Origin: Antedon mediterranea
Taxonomy: Eukaryota; Animalia; Echinodermata
NCBI RefSeq assembly: GCF_964355755.1
Contig: NC_092676.1
Location: 8,843,888-8,907,887 of the forward strand
DNA: 64,000 nt
Reading direction: 5' to 3'
In this document: positions 49,395 through 63,302 of the stretch, in pieces
Numbering within the stretch: the first letter of the stretch is position 1
Layout of the letters: each line of letters begins with the position of its first letter
The notes under the pieces: generated by a model
What the model saw: the letters and a program-made list of their open reading frames with translations, nothing else
The model's database searches: none
Told to the model about the DNA's origin: nothing
Translations under genes and position numbers: made by a program

Positions 49395-50190
49395 TAGGTT
49401 GCTGACTGGAGCAACGTGCTAAAGTTGCTGTCGTAAATACATTCGTATATTTCAAGTCATAAAAGTTCAAATAAAAAGGGAATTGGCCATGTGGCTCTTC
49501 GTGTGATTAAATCTTTTAGGCCTGGAGTCAACGGGCATTTCTGGGCTACTGTCTGGGACAACTTACAGGATAAAGTTGCTGTCATGAGTATTTTCGTCTA
49601 TCCCAAGACGTAACAGTTTCAATAAAAAAGGAATTGGCCATGTGGCTCTTCGTGTGATTAAATGTTGTATGACCCAACGGGAATTTTTGGCTACTGTCTT
49701 GGGCTACTGTTTGGGGCAACTTACAGGATAAAGTTGCTGTCAATGATTTTGTTGTTCACCCCAATGTGTAACAGTTACAATGGAAAAGGAATTAGCCGTG
49801 TGGCTCTTGACATGAATAACACCATTTTTAGTGGTAACTTGGGGCTACTGTCTCGGGCAACTTACAGGATAAAGTTGCTGTCATTAGTATTTTCGTCTAT
49901 CCCAAGACGTAACAGTTCCAATAAAAAAGAAATTGGCCATTTGGCTCTTTGTGCGATTAAATCTTGTATGACCCAACGGGCATTTCTGGATATTGTCTGG
50001 GGCTACTGTTTGGGGAAACTTACAGGATAAAGTTGCTGTCAATAATGTTTTTGTGCACCCCAATGTGTAACAGTTACAATGCAAAAGGAATTAGCCCTGT
50101 GGCTCTTGACATGAATAACACCATTTGTTAGTGGTCACTTGGGGCTACTGTCTTGGGCAACTTACATGATAAAGTTACTGTCATTGCTGT
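49395..50190. repeat. Tandem repeat with alternating about 159/140-bp subunits (about 299-bp higher-order period)
   Basis: ACTTACAGGATAAAGTTGCTGTCA recurs at about 49561, 49720, 49860, 50018, 50160. Confidence 0.85.
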
Positions 50191-51169
50191 TTTGACATTG
50201 TATACACATATAGTCCAGTCAATCTAGTGATATTTAGAGGTAAACCCACCACAAATTGCAATAGTAACGAAACATTAATTTTTTCATTCCAAATGTAGTT
50301 TATAATGACATATTAAAAGTCACCGAAAATTGAAGCATTGGAACACATTATTTTTTACGTAATCTCAACAACTATATCGTGATTTTATTCCATAAATATT
50401 TTGGGGTAGGGGGTAACATTTATGCCCATAACTTGTGGTTTTATAATCCAATCTCAATAATCTTGATATTAATGTGTAGAATATATATTTCTTTCTAATA
50501 TGCAATTTAAAAAAGCAAAATACAACATTTAGTTATATAACTAGAGGTCAAAAGGTTATTGACCTTTTACAAAAACTCATTTTTTTAATTAAAAAATGAT
50601 TAACTGTAATATTGTGCCATAATTGTATATGCATTTAATCAAAATTGTGTTTTATCTGTACCTATCGATATATAAAATAGGAAACATGATGTTAACTAGA
50701 AGAATTTTAAAAGTAATGATGTACTATTCTTATTGAAATTGATTCTTGATCAAATGTAATGTAAACAATTTTGGGGTAGGGGGTAGCGTTTATGCCTATA
50801 ATCCATTGTTTTATAATCATATCTAAATAGCTTTAGTACCAATGTGTAGAGTATATATATCCTACTAATAATATACATTAACAAAACAATTAATACAACA
50901 GTTATACGTAACTAGAGGTCAAAAGGTCATTGATATTTTACAAAAACTCAAATTTTCTTAAAATAGCGTAAAACTAAATTATGTTTATATATATTATATT
51001 TATATTTTGGAAGTATTTGGTGCAAATAATGTTTTTCCTGTACCTATTGTATCGTCATGAAATAGGAAAAATGATGCTAGCTAGAAGAAAATTGAAATTC
51101 ATTAGCGGTATGTACTATTGTTTATTAATTAATGAGTCTTGATAATTTGGAATCAACTCATGATTTACT

Positions 51170-52100
51170 ATAGATTGTTGATAATGTTAGTATCAACGAA
51201 TGTACGTAATGACAAGTATTTGATCTTCGCAGGGTTGCGTCTTCTCTCCTCTCCTGTATATTATATACACGGATGACTGTCGGAGCAAACAGGACAATAG
51301 TCATCTTTTTAAATTTGCTGACGACACTGTCTTGCTGTCTCTCCTTCAAAATTCACAGGACGGTCATGGTTCCGCATTAGATGATTTTATCCTATTTTGT
51401 GGAAACTCCTACTTGGAACTCAATGTGACCAAAACCAAGGAGATAGGCCCTAATTGTAGATTTTAGGAAGGAGAAAGGACGCAGCCCTCTGGTATCCCCC
51501 ACAAATGAACCAGCGATATTGTCCATTCCTTTAAATACCTAGGTACTATATTTGAGAACAATCTCCGCTGGGAATTAAATACAGAGGCAATAGTAAAGAA
51601 AGGACACCAGAGACTTTATCTGTTAAGGAAGCTGAACCATATTAATGTCGATAAAGTAATTCTCATGGTTCATTTATTGAGAAAGTTTTAACTTTTTTCC
51701 TTTATATGCTGGTTTTTTAGTCTTAGGGTCAAAGAGAGAAACTCACTACAAAAAATTGTTAACTTAAGTTCTAAATTAATAGGTTGTCAACTTCGTAGCT
51801 TATCTTCCTTCTCTGACATGCAAACTCTAGAAAAAATTAGAGCTATTCTAAAAAATGTTAACCATGCCTTGTTCAGTGATTTTGAGCTCATGCCTCATGG
51901 GCGTTGCTTTCAATGCCCGGCATGTAGAACAAACTGGAAAAGAAATTAGTTTTTGCCAGTTGCCATCCGACTCTTAAATTCTTGGACTTGGACTCTTGTT
52001 ATAATTATTGTACTGTATATTGTGATATTTTTGTATATTTTGTAAGATCATTTTAATCCAGAGCTTTTTATTTGAATTGCTCCGTGTGGGATGATATTGT
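51170..52100 (+). mobile_element. Rex1/L2-group LINE 3' fragment inside Academ D
   Basis: KFADDTVLLSLL...LELNVTKTKE...FKYLGTIFENNLRW..NTEAIVKKGHQRLYLLRKL. Confidence 0.85.
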
Positions 52101-53774
52101 TTAATCCTTCAAATAGAAAAGGACTCACAACTTATATGTCATCAGTATCACTTTCTTGTTCGGGTATTAGTACAGTGCAATGCCATTGCATTCACCACAT
52201 GTAGTTCTAGTTACCCCTGAATGCTTCAAGGAGATACTCAGGTTCTGGCTTTAAGTCTGTGTGTAGAGGAACCATGTTTCCATCATCTGATCTTCCATCC
52301 CCAATCCTCGGTACACGTATCAACCCCACTCCATTGCTAAAAGATAACTTGAACTTGAACATGATGTTAAGTACCTTGGTTGTGGTACGATTATGAAGTT
52401 GGCGATATGCGAGGTTGTACTTGTAGATGGGATGGAGTCAAAGGCATTCTACGTTGTCCAGGTAGTCCATTGTACAGATGCACTAAACCATTTTCTCTAG
52501 CAGCCACAATGTCATCCTTTGTAGCTTGTTTGCATCTGAAGACTACAGCATAATGTCAGAAATAAGTGCAATGACAAGCTTTTTTTAGAGCCACTTGTTT
52601 TCCAATTCCGAAAACTCTGGGTGTTGTGTCACCAGTATCGCGTGAGCAAACAGAAGGTTATCACAGATGTCTCTCAAATGTACTTTTTGAACCAGTTTGA
52701 TAGTCCAGCATCTCAGCTCCAGTCTAAAGAATATCACAAGATGTTTTAAATGCTTGACTGCAGAGGAGCACTAGTAGATCCGTGTCATCGGATAATGACA
52801 GATGTTTTCCTGTTTGCTGATTCAATGGTGTTTTGTACTATCCGAAAGAACATCTGCATCAGCAGCTGCATTCACTCATTGCCATGTTGTTCAAATACTA
52901 GTTACGAAGATTTATAAATTGTTGTTTGTTACAGAAATTGATCCTATTTTGTGGAACATGTCACTGGTAAAATGTACAGGGACACTACCACCTGACCCGC
53001 CTTACCATGTGCGCCGTCTTTGGTGGATGAGCCGCTTTCAAAATTATCAAAGACTATGCAGAGAAATATTTTTTACAGATCTCTACACTATTCCATGGAA
53101 TGCTGTTCAGTAGAGCACTACCATCTGAAATGTAGGCCTACTGGACATCATTCAGTGAGTTGGATGTATTAGACTATTCAGAAGAAGTTGTTTCCACGTG
53201 GAATCATGTTGGTTTATTAGCTGAAAGTATTGTAAGTTGGTAGTTTCAAAAAGTGCTGGTGGATAACAAAGTCACCTCGAGTCTCCTCTGGAACTGTATG
53301 ATTGATGCACACATATGACTTTATTGCCAGGATCTTGAATACATTGCAAGACTTTCTGGCCAAAATATTCAATGCTTAATACCACATTGCTAATATTCCG
53401 AGTCACCTGCAGTAACTCCCGTGTCAATGGTATGAAGTCTCTGAGTCGTAACCAAATGGATTTTTCAATTGCCATTGTGTTCCCGACGTGTGGCCATAAG
53501 GTCTTATGTTGGCCGCTGCTGGAGTAACGCCCTGATACTATAATACAAGACATTACATACATTTCAGCGCAGAATTGGTCTGGATGTGACGCATTCCTAT
53601 ATTCTCTTGTCAAACCTCTGGTTTTCTTTGAGGCTTCTCATAGAAACTTTTTCAATCACCAGGTCTGTTGACAATCCAGCCCAGATGGTCCGAACGTCAT
53701 ACAACATGGAGGTCATTGTCAAACTGCTGTTGAACATCTTTGTATTTCTACTGGTTAAAAAATCGTTAAAATAT

Positions 53775-54155
53775 TTATACATCCCAATATACTACTTTAC
53801 TTTATTACTTTACTTTATTCACATCATCATACATAAATAGTACAATACAATACAATGTATGTGTTTGTGAAAAGGAGCCAAAAAATAGCTTTCGCTAATC
53901 AAGGTTTGACTCCTGTCACAAAAAATAAATTAGTCATAATGCATACATTTTCATCTATCAACAATAATTCAATAAGAAAGAAACAGCAACTATATGAAAG
54001 AAATAACGTAAACAAGGGCTAACATTAATATTTTTGTAAAAGTAAACATTTAACTTCATTTAAAAATTTAAATCTAGAAGAGGTACATTTTATAACTAAG
54101 GGTAAATTATTCCAAAGTTGAGCTCCATTAAAAGAAATTCTAAATTTACCAGCAT
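53775..54155 (-). mobile_element. LINE (L2/CR1-group) 3' end fragment inside Academ D
   Basis: KFRISFNGAQLWNNLP...F (minus) followed by a 3' UTR stem-loop and simple-repeat tail. Confidence 0.6.
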
Positions 54156-55279
54156 CTGGTAAATACTGTAACCATGGCAACACAAATGCCATCTGGAAAA
54201 AATGGAATGTAGATCATCCAGAAGCAACAGGAACGGAGATTTCACTCATCTGCATCTTGAACTGGTCATGTGTATCGCGTTGGACTGAAATGTTCACCCA
54301 GGGTATCCCTGTGTGTATACCATTGTTGTTTACAGCAAAAACAACATTTTAAGCCAAAATTGACACATTATGTTGTGTTTTTCCGCAAAAATGACATTCT
54401 AAATAAAATGTTATGACTATAAGTTTGATATCACTGAATAGGGAATTTAATAAGCTTTCGGATGACATAAATCCCACTTGTATATAATGTATTTTAAATG
54501 GTTAAATATATGTAAATAATGGGGCATATTAATTTTGACTTAAAATTTATTATTGACCTCTGACCCTTGACCCAATGCTTGGATTTTCGGTGACTTTTAG
54601 TATGTCGTTCTACACATTATATAGAATTCAAAAATACTAGCTTTGTTACTATTGCAATTTGTGGTGGGTATATCATTAGATTGACTGGACTAATATAAGA
54701 ACAATGTCCAACAACTTTTATCCGTGTGGCTTTTCACATAATTAAATCCATTTTTTACCCCTCTTAATTGGTGTCCCCAGGGTAAATTTACAAGATAGGA
54801 CCCGGCAGCAATATTGATTATTGAATCTTGTCCATATATCTACATAATCAGCCCATCAGACCTTTTGTGGCTTTTCACATGACTAAATCCTCTGGGCGCC
54901 CGGTCTAAATAGATGAATGAAGAGGTTTATGAGGAAAGTAACTGCAATAAACAGTGTGCGTATGGTTTTATCTGAAAAACAAATAATTGCCTAAACTTTA
55001 TGATAAACAAAATGTAGTTACTGCAGTAAATGCAGTAGCATATTATTGACAAGTAAATAGGTTTTACATGTTGTATTGCAAGAAACACAACATGTATGAT
55101 CACCACCTAATATTATTCCATGCTCTATTGTGTATGATCACCTAATTTAATACACAATGTACAAATTAGAATATCAAAAGATTATATTAACAATTACATA
55201 ATTACATCGCTGTTGCTATTTTCTCCGAATCTATTATCAAACTGAACTTGCAATATACATAATTTACTTTGTAAGTGTA

Positions 55280-56506
55280 TCTATATATAAATTTACGTAA
55301 GAGCAAAATTCGGTAAATCTCGCGTTATTTCTAGAATGTTTACTCGATGGTATATAAAGTTGGTTAGAATATCGGTACTGATTTTAACCGCCTGATGTAA
55401 CCCTGTTTACTAATTAAATTTAGTTAGATAATTAGTTAATGACAATTAAAACGAATTTAGGTTCAACCATTTGCCCCAAATAGGGGTGTTTTCCGATCGT
55501 GGTATACACTGTCTAATGGATGTCCTCATGAAAAATACCTGTACACAATAATACGAGGATACTTCGCATTTTCCTATCTCCTCCTACGATAATTGTTTTT
55601 AATAGCTGAAAACCGGTTGAACAGCTCGAGTACAGTATCATAATGTTGAAGACAGGCCGATTTTCTTTAAAAAATACTATTTTGATAGATTTAATATAAG
55701 TTTATACAAATGTATTGATTTGCGATGAATGGAACATTCCAAATTATTTGGTTTAACCATGCTTGCATACCTCCATGATTTAACACAAGTAGGTCAATTT
55801 ATGGGCCCTTTGAGAATAAACATAAATAGTATTGTAAAGCTATACAATACTGTAAATAGGTATTAACCACTTTTGATAGCCATTTGAATCGCAAATTTCT
55901 TATTGTGTGTGTTGGTAGGCCTAGTGTTTATTATAATATAAACAAATATACTAATAAACTTTATTACTGTGAGTGTGGGTAGCCCCTACTTTTAGATTAT
56001 AAACACATAAATAATATAATACTTTATTACTGACAGTTGCTTCTCAACGTTTGTATTAATTAATAATTACAAAAAAATATAAACGTCGTGGTGGTGTATC
56101 GTTACATGTACTTTTACTACTTCAATCGACTATGACAGTGACAATTTTAACAGTTATTAAATCGGAAATGTTTTACTCTATGTAGTGTTATATTATTTAT
56201 AGGCCTATTAAAAAAAAACCCAACCCTCAATAATGTTAGATACAAAACACAAATTGGGTTTGTTTAAATGAGTCCAAATCAAACATTTGGACTAATTTTG
56301 TAAGAAGTTTCTCTTTTGGAAGTAATTCGCACGGTGCTAATTTTGGTTGACTACATAATACATAAATAAATGTTTTATAGTCACGCGGTACGTAGGCCTA
56401 AATTTTGAAATCGCCAATTTTTTTTACGCTGAAATTACTATGTATTCAAGAACCATATGTGGGCACGACCTAGATGGTACGCTCGCTTCGCTCGCGTACC
56501 ATCTAG
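55280..56506 (+). mobile_element. Non-autonomous Helitron with a terminal 37-bp hairpin
   Basis: A|TCTATATATAAAT at 55280; ends CTAGATGGTACGCTCGCTTCGCTCGCGTACCATCTAG|T. Confidence 0.7.
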
Positions 56507-56829
56507 TTTGAACAATTTGTGTTCATAGTTATGTCGATTTAACCATTTCTTTGTTGTTGATTTAGGTAGGGTTTTTTAAATTATTGAAACAAACAACTGA
56601 CTTGAAACTATCAGTCAAGTTGGCTACACATGGTTGCTTACATAAATTGACTTCTGAACTTGAACTTTGTGGGCTGTTGACTTGTTATAGTTTAGGAATA
56701 CTTGCTGTTGTTGACTTGGTCAAACCAACATGCTAAGTCAAAAGTTATTAAGTGATTGACAGTAATATTATATTTATTTGTACATATTCACATATTATGT
56801 TTAATTTATTTATACATCTTCAAAACATT

Positions 56830-58395
56830 TCTTTAGTTTTACTGAATTAAACAAATGTGGTGTAAACTTGGGCAAGGTTTTTAAAAGGAATTCCATTCTG
56901 GATGAAAACACCAAGCATTTTTGCATAGTTAACTGTTTCTAATTCACGGCCATTTATGTTGATAAGTGTTATATGGGGTGGCGACTTTATGAAACAAAAT
57001 TCAAGTTGTTTTCATTTTGATGGGTTCAATTGAAATTTGTTCATGGTTGCCCATTCGACTAAATCATCAAAATCATGTTGTAGAGTTGACGTGGCAGTAG
57101 AGTTAACTACCTCACCCAGTGAAAGATCATTAACGAACTTCCACTTTTCACAGATTGCTTTTTTCACAGCATCGTTGATGGCGGCACGGAACACAATTTC
57201 TCCAAGCTTAATCGATTGGTACTTGACTATTTGGCGCCTTCCAGAGAAAAAGTTACATATCCAATCAACAATCCAGGATTTGGCACCAAGTGCAATAATA
57301 TTACTTGCTGCAACTGTATGGTCAACGCCATCAAATGCTTTAGCAAAATCTGTTATAACCAAGCGTCGCGTTTTGCGCGGCTTGTCAGATCCTTTATAAA
57401 GAAGGTTGAGCATGTCAGATCAGATAATGTGATGTAGAGCATTCTTTCATACACCCGTACTGGCTAGTGTCCATATTCGGTCCAATATCGTTTAACAAGA
57501 GGTTGTATATAATTCATTCAGCTACTTTGGCAAATTGTAAAGTCAAAGAAACTGGTCTTATTTTATCATGTTTAATCGGGTACTTTGGAATAGGATACAC
57601 TACGGCGTCTTTCCATTGCCGAGGTACACGAGATTGCCTAAAGGAAGCATTTACAATGTTTGTTAATGGGAAACTCAATTCACATGCAAACATTTTGATA
57701 ATCTTGTTTGGCACATTATCAGGTCCCGCAGATTTTGAAACTTTAACTTGTTTTAGGTGGTAGAACATTTCCCATTCCTCCAGTTGGGGTGGATTTTCAG
57801 AAGATAAGAAACTTGGGAGACTTTGATGCACCAAAGGTTTCTTACTTTGCGTGACCTTGGAGAAAGAAATATTGATATATTGATATCATAAGCTGGATAC
57901 CGTGATACCATTTCACTGGGTGTGTTGATTTGAGGCTTTTAAGTCTTTCGTTATAGAAGTAAGACTTTGCACGCTTAATTTCAAGTTGGACACGGTTTCG
58001 ATAGAGTTTCCATTGATTAGACTTTCCCTCATTAGCAAAACATTTTTGTCGTTTTAAAATAAGGTCTTTCACCATCCTATTCATCCAGGGCTTGTTGCTT
58101 GAGTGACGTCCAAATGATTTCTATTTTTTTAGATTTTTTCATCAAAGATACTATAAAAAGCACTTGGTATTTTGAACAGTGTCAATAATCCTGGAATATA
58201 ATGCATCCTTAACGTATACCGCAACACCTCCTCCACGTTTATGTGCTCAGTGGTAAGTATAAATTTGGTAATTCTCAACAGCAATCGAGTCGTTACTTAT
58301 TTGCTTTGTTTGCCAATTTTCAGTAAGAACAGCAATATCAGACGAGTTAACATTAAGCAGTGACTGGAGTTCATCAATACGGTACACAATAGGTA
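56830..58395 (-). mobile_element. Decayed LINE (APE endonuclease plus RT)
   Basis: RGGGVAVYVK; KSAGPDNVPNKIIK...WKDAVVYPIPK...RPVSLT; TDFAKAFDGVDH; KFVNDL...LNPSK. Confidence 0.9.
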
Positions 58396-60361
58396 GACCT
58401 GCATGTTTCAATTCAATTCAAGGAACATTTATTAACGTCCAAAAGACAACAAATAACAAAAATAGTAATGGCAAAAGATAATTTAGAAAATAGACGAAGG
58501 CAGGTCCAAGAAAGATGTGAATCTTGTGGCGGGATTGCCTTTACAAATTAATTAAAAATAGATAATATTATGTAAAAAAAAAAAAATAAAAATGAATATA
58601 ATACCAGTAGATAAAAGTTTGAAAAAATAAAGTAAATATGATGAGCAGAATAAAGTACAACTACCGTATAATGTTTATGTTTTTAAACAGTTTAATTATT
58701 GACTGATTGAATGTCTGTCTGTTCCAAAAAGGAAATAGTGACTGAACTTGCTGACGTCACTGACCTTTTCCTTGTTGAAGTTGTAAATCAACTACTGTGC
58801 TGTTAATAGAATACTGTATATACATTATGCCTTTAGATAATTATATTATAATATTTACAATAATTTCATTCCCTATTACGGCGCACTCACTGAATTTCTT
58901 ATCTTACATTGAAGATGTTTTCCATAAACCTTTAAATATTTCAATTAGGACAAATAAATTATACAACAACAACAGATTATAAAGTAATTTCAACTTTGCT
59001 GTAATGGAAAATATTAATATTGTAACAAATCACAATTTACAATTTGTACTACTAAAACAGGAGTACGACTTGTTATTATCGACAAAGAAGCAAGCATGTA
59101 GTGAATAAAATATGAAGCCATCTTAGTTCTTCTTCTTCAAATATCGTTTTATTTACCGAACTTTAACTCCGTGTTTCGAGCATGTCTCTATCTATGACCT
59201 GAAATAATTACACTTATTTAATTATATGTGTATATACATTAGTATTAGCATGATACGATTAATGATAAGAAATGATGATTTACCATAACAAAATGTCAAG
59301 GAACTATATTAATACGTGTAAACAGATGTTAAATTGTTAATTTAAATTAAATAAAAACAAATATGTTATTAAAAATATTTTAAAGTTATGTTAAAAACAT
59401 CTTTAACCTTACGATATAAAAGTATGTAAGTTTTTTTTAATAAAAGCTACAAACGAACGTTTAAAACGATTAATCCCAGTTAGGTTATATACACTTTCAC
59501 TAGGGATAAACATTAATGTTTGACCCCTGACATGGTTCTTGAATTGTGGGATTGCCAAGGGTCAAGAAGGACACCATTTATTTACACCAGCAAGTTACAT
59601 TATGCTAAAATACAAATTTACCTTTTCTGCGTTTTATATTATATTGTTGTTGATTGGTGGCGAGTTGATGATTGTTGGCGAGTTGATGATTTTTGGCGAG
59701 TTGTTGATTTTTTTCGTGTATGTCATATGAAGTCTTCACTTAAAATAGATAGATCTTCATGGGGTTTATTTTTGACTTTTACATAAATATATGCTGTGAT
59801 GAAATGTTCGTGATGATGATTCAAACAAAAACAAATATTGTTTTAAAATTAAACAAATTTAACCTTACCATATAAATATGTAAGTTTACAGATGTAAAAT
59901 ATGAGTTTAATAACAGTTATAAAATAATTAAAAAAAAAGGATTAATCCAAGTATTGTTATATACAATTTCACCGGCAATATATAAAGACCTTGATTAAAC
60001 AAAAATGTTTTTGTTTTGTAGTAAATATTCTTTTAAACAGGAACAATAAATGCTATAGAAAGTGTCAAGTTCAGTTGTTAGCGTTGTAATTATACATTTG
60101 CTCGTAACTTTTTACACGATACTGTGTGCGTAATGAAATGAAAACTCCAGTCTATTCGACAGTGAATTATAATGTTTAATCCTGAAAAAATAAAAAAATT
60201 ACCAGTATCATTACAGTAAGAGCATCTATATATTCATAAATATTGTCTACGATGTTACCGAATCACAAGTAAGTCTTACATTACATCATTGTTAACACAT
60301 ACACGTTAGTAGGCTTCTTCATGGTTAAAACTATTTCTGACCTGGACCTGGCGGTGATTGT

Positions 60362-60961
60362 TCAATTTCTGCATTGGTGAATCGACAGAAACGGAGTAGT
60401 TTCACAAGTTCCTAAAAATTTATGTTGGTATTGACACCATGCTTTACAAGTAAATACAGCTCTATTGTCTTCAGCAGTCAACGGTCTTGATTCTAAAATA
60501 TTATTTGGATGCCATTTTGATTTAATCTCTTGTTCGCCTTTATACCAACTTAAAGATATGTTTTTTGAAGAAGAAGAAGAAGAACATTTCAGCGTTGTTC
60601 CTATTTCACCATTATCACTGCATGTTATTTCTCCTAGCACTACATAAGCCGCTGGATAAATACTGTATGAATCACTTTTCCAGATATCACACCTGTAAAT
60701 TCCTACATCATCAGAATCAGCATTGAAAATGGAAAGATATGAGTAGTTTGCTTTAATTGTTACATTGTATTTTAATGTTGATATTATTTCAAATTTTTCA
60801 TACGTACCATCACGTGGGTATACTGACCATTCAAAGACATGTGTTCCATTCAATGCTGGTGTCCATTCACATGACAGCGTTGCTGTTTGTCCTTCCGCAA
60901 CGGAAACCGATTCTGGATGTTTTATAAAATATAGGATTGTGCAAAAGAGCAGTAAGATATA
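60362..60961 (-). CDS. Exon encoding two immunoglobulin-superfamily domains (gene fragment or pseudogene)
   Basis: FIKHPESVSVAEGQTATLSCEW...FEW...YLSIFNADSDDVGIYRC (Ig1); LKCSSSSS..NISLSWYKG...LTAEDNRAVFTC (Ig2); flanking exons could not be established. Confidence 0.65.
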   Translation of the reverse strand, partial: YILLLFCTILYFIKHPESVSVAEGQTATLSCEWTPALNGTHVFEWSVYPRDGTYEKFEIISTLKYNVTIKANYSYLSIFNADSDDVGIYRCDIWKSDSYSIYPAAYVVLGEITCSDNGEIGTTLKCSSSSSSKNISLSWYKGEQEIKSKWHPNNILESRPLTAEDNRAVFTCKAWCQYQHKFLGTCETTPFLSIHQCRN

Positions 60962-61323
60962 CTAACAAATATAACCAGGCACTTAGAGAACAGTAATTGA
61001 CAATGTTCAGGATGAGCCATTATAAACTTTGCAGTTTCTTGCGATGTTGATTACTTTCCTAATCGACCTTAATTGCTGTAGTAGATTGTTGTGATAGAAC
61101 TGGGTCTTGGTTTAAACACTCACTCGATCCGATTAATTTGCACTGTATGCTGGCTTGATAACAAGGTCTATGTACGTATCCGCTCAATCAACACGTTTAT
61201 ATGCTGCATATATTGTAATATAATGTTGTGTTGAGTTTTGTAATGAGGACTCTACTCGCTTGACTGTAGTAACACATATATTGTTTATTCAGTAATACTT
61301 GATACAATAATAATTCAGTATAA

Positions 61324-62658
61324 CTAGAGGGTGAGCTCGCTTCGCTCGCTCCCCCTCTAGGAAGTGTAGACGATGGTTTTCGGAATGATAATGTTCTCCT
61401 TATACGTTTTCTGTCGGTTACCATTATTGAAAATGCTTGACATTCGTAAAACTAAACTACTTTGTTTCACAGTGTTTTAGATGATTAATAACATTTTAAA
61501 GTACAGTTTTTATTGTTTGGTAGGGCCCTTTGGGGAGGCGGGGGTCATTTGAGGGAGGTGCTTATTCGAGGGATATATGTTAAATTTTGTAGTTTTAATA
61601 ATATGGTAACATTTATAATCAAATGAAATCCTCTAATAGATATGAAAAGTGCTAAAAAAGAATAACAAATGCTTGGTAAATAGTAGATAACAGTGCAGTG
61701 AATTCTACTACAAATAGTACCGTATAATTGTGTTGTTATAAATATGTGGATGGACGTTTATTAGATAGTTGGGTTGGCGGGGGGGGGGGATTTATTATTC
61801 AAAGTGATGTTTTTAGAGAGGCGTTTATTCAAATGAATACCATCCTAATAATTATTAATACATTATTTAATTTAATCATCTTTTGAAACTAACTGCCGTG
61901 ACAGAGTGGGCCCAAGAAAGAAGACATTATGGTACGGCTTGCAACATGGGCAGACATCTCGGTCCTAACGGGACACAGGAAGATAGCCTACAGTTATTCC
62001 TGCAAGCTTACTCAATAAAACTCAGCTATCGGGATTTCACGCGAAAAATGTCTTATCATCAAATCTCCCTATGTAATTTTATAATACTATTCCCCACAAT
62101 ATATTCTGATTCTTTATGGCGTATATTTAATTTGATCTTTATTAATTTGCAGTATAATTCCTATTATTTAACTACTGTACCTTCACACGCGCCGCGGTAT
62201 GTTTTAAAATAAACAAAAAACTGAAATGGCTATGATTAATGGCCAATTTTTTTTTCGTCTTCCAAAGGGACACTGTATTGATTGATGGAAAGTGCCTGTT
62301 TCCAGTCACCTTTAGGGTCAAATCTATTATTTTAACTGCTCCCTTGTGTATAAAAGAGAGAAAATATTTGAAACTAAGGTGAACTTACCTTAAACCCGGA
62401 AATTACTTTGACCGGGAAGAATTGAAATTGAGAGGAAAATCCAATGTTGAAATCATAAATGTTGTTAAAAAACTCTTTATAATATCTTCCTAAGATATAA
62501 ATATGGAACAATAGCGTCGGCGTGCACACTAATGTTATCAAATCTACGTTTCGCGGTACATCTCGGATAGATAAGGTAGGTATCCAAGGCGGAGATTTGT
62601 ACTGAAGTTTTTGCATTGTGCTCGCCTATGTCAGAATTAACCATAATTTATATATAGA
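61324..62658 (-). mobile_element. Non-autonomous Helitron with a terminal 37-bp hairpin
   Basis: Minus strand A|TCTATATATAAATTATGG at 62658; ends CTAGAGGGGGAGCGAGCGAAGCGAGCTCACCCTCTAG|T. Confidence 0.75.
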
Positions 62659-63027
62659 TATACAACTATAATATAAGGAACAGAGGATTAGGTGATGCTG
62701 TAAGTGAGGCGTGAGTGTAGGTCTGCTTCTTGAGTGGCTGTGAGGTGTGCGTTCCAAGAGTGGCTGTGAGGTGTGTCTGAAGGCTCCTCGAACCTGGAGG
62801 TATATTGGCTTCGGTTCATTAGCATATGTCATTACGTCGTCTGTGAATCTAATGATTGGTCCTAAGTTGATCCAGGGGTGTTTAGGTAGAAGTGATTGAT
62901 TACATTCTAAGGTAATTTGGTGATGGATAGCATTGTCAAATCTTTACTTAAATAGTGTCAATCTCTCCTGGTTTAATGATGGAAAAGGTCGTAAGGTTAA
63001 GCAAAGTATTTCTTTAGGGGTTCAATC

Positions 63028-63302
63028 ATAAACTAAATGGGCTTCTAAAACATCTGGACAAACTCTGTACTGGATATGTGAGGCGAGTTCGTGAACTCAA
63101 TTGAATTCTAATACAAAGGTTGATTTCTCAATTATAAATTTATATCATTATATTACATCCCTCTGTTTCCCTTTTTTTCTAATCTATTTAAATAATAATA
63201 ATCTATTTAAGGGATGTAATATAATGATATACATTTATAATTATAATTGTAATTGTCCAGTGGAGTGTTTGTCCAGATGTTTTAGAAGCCCATTTAGTTT
63301 AT
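63028..63302. repeat. 36-bp perfect inverted repeat about 200 bp apart (MITE-like)
   Basis: ATAAACTAAATGGGCTTCTAAAACATCTGGACAAAC at 63028-63063 and its reverse complement at 63267-63302. Confidence 0.75.

Larger units (their letters stand above)
50211..54692 (-). mobile_element. Academ DNA transposon (D), full ends, decayed ORF, with two LINE insertions
   Basis: TIR TAGTCCAGTCAATCTA...CCCACCACAAATTGCAATAGTAAC; TSD ATA; minus-strand remnants WAGLSTDLVIEKVSMRSLK, SDGSALLNSIPW, DDTDLLVLL, C-terminal Cys cluster. Confidence 0.9.

Noticed and set aside
59520-59786. ORFs with WRVDD repeats
   Set aside because: Caused by a short 18-bp tandem repeat; no splice or homology support
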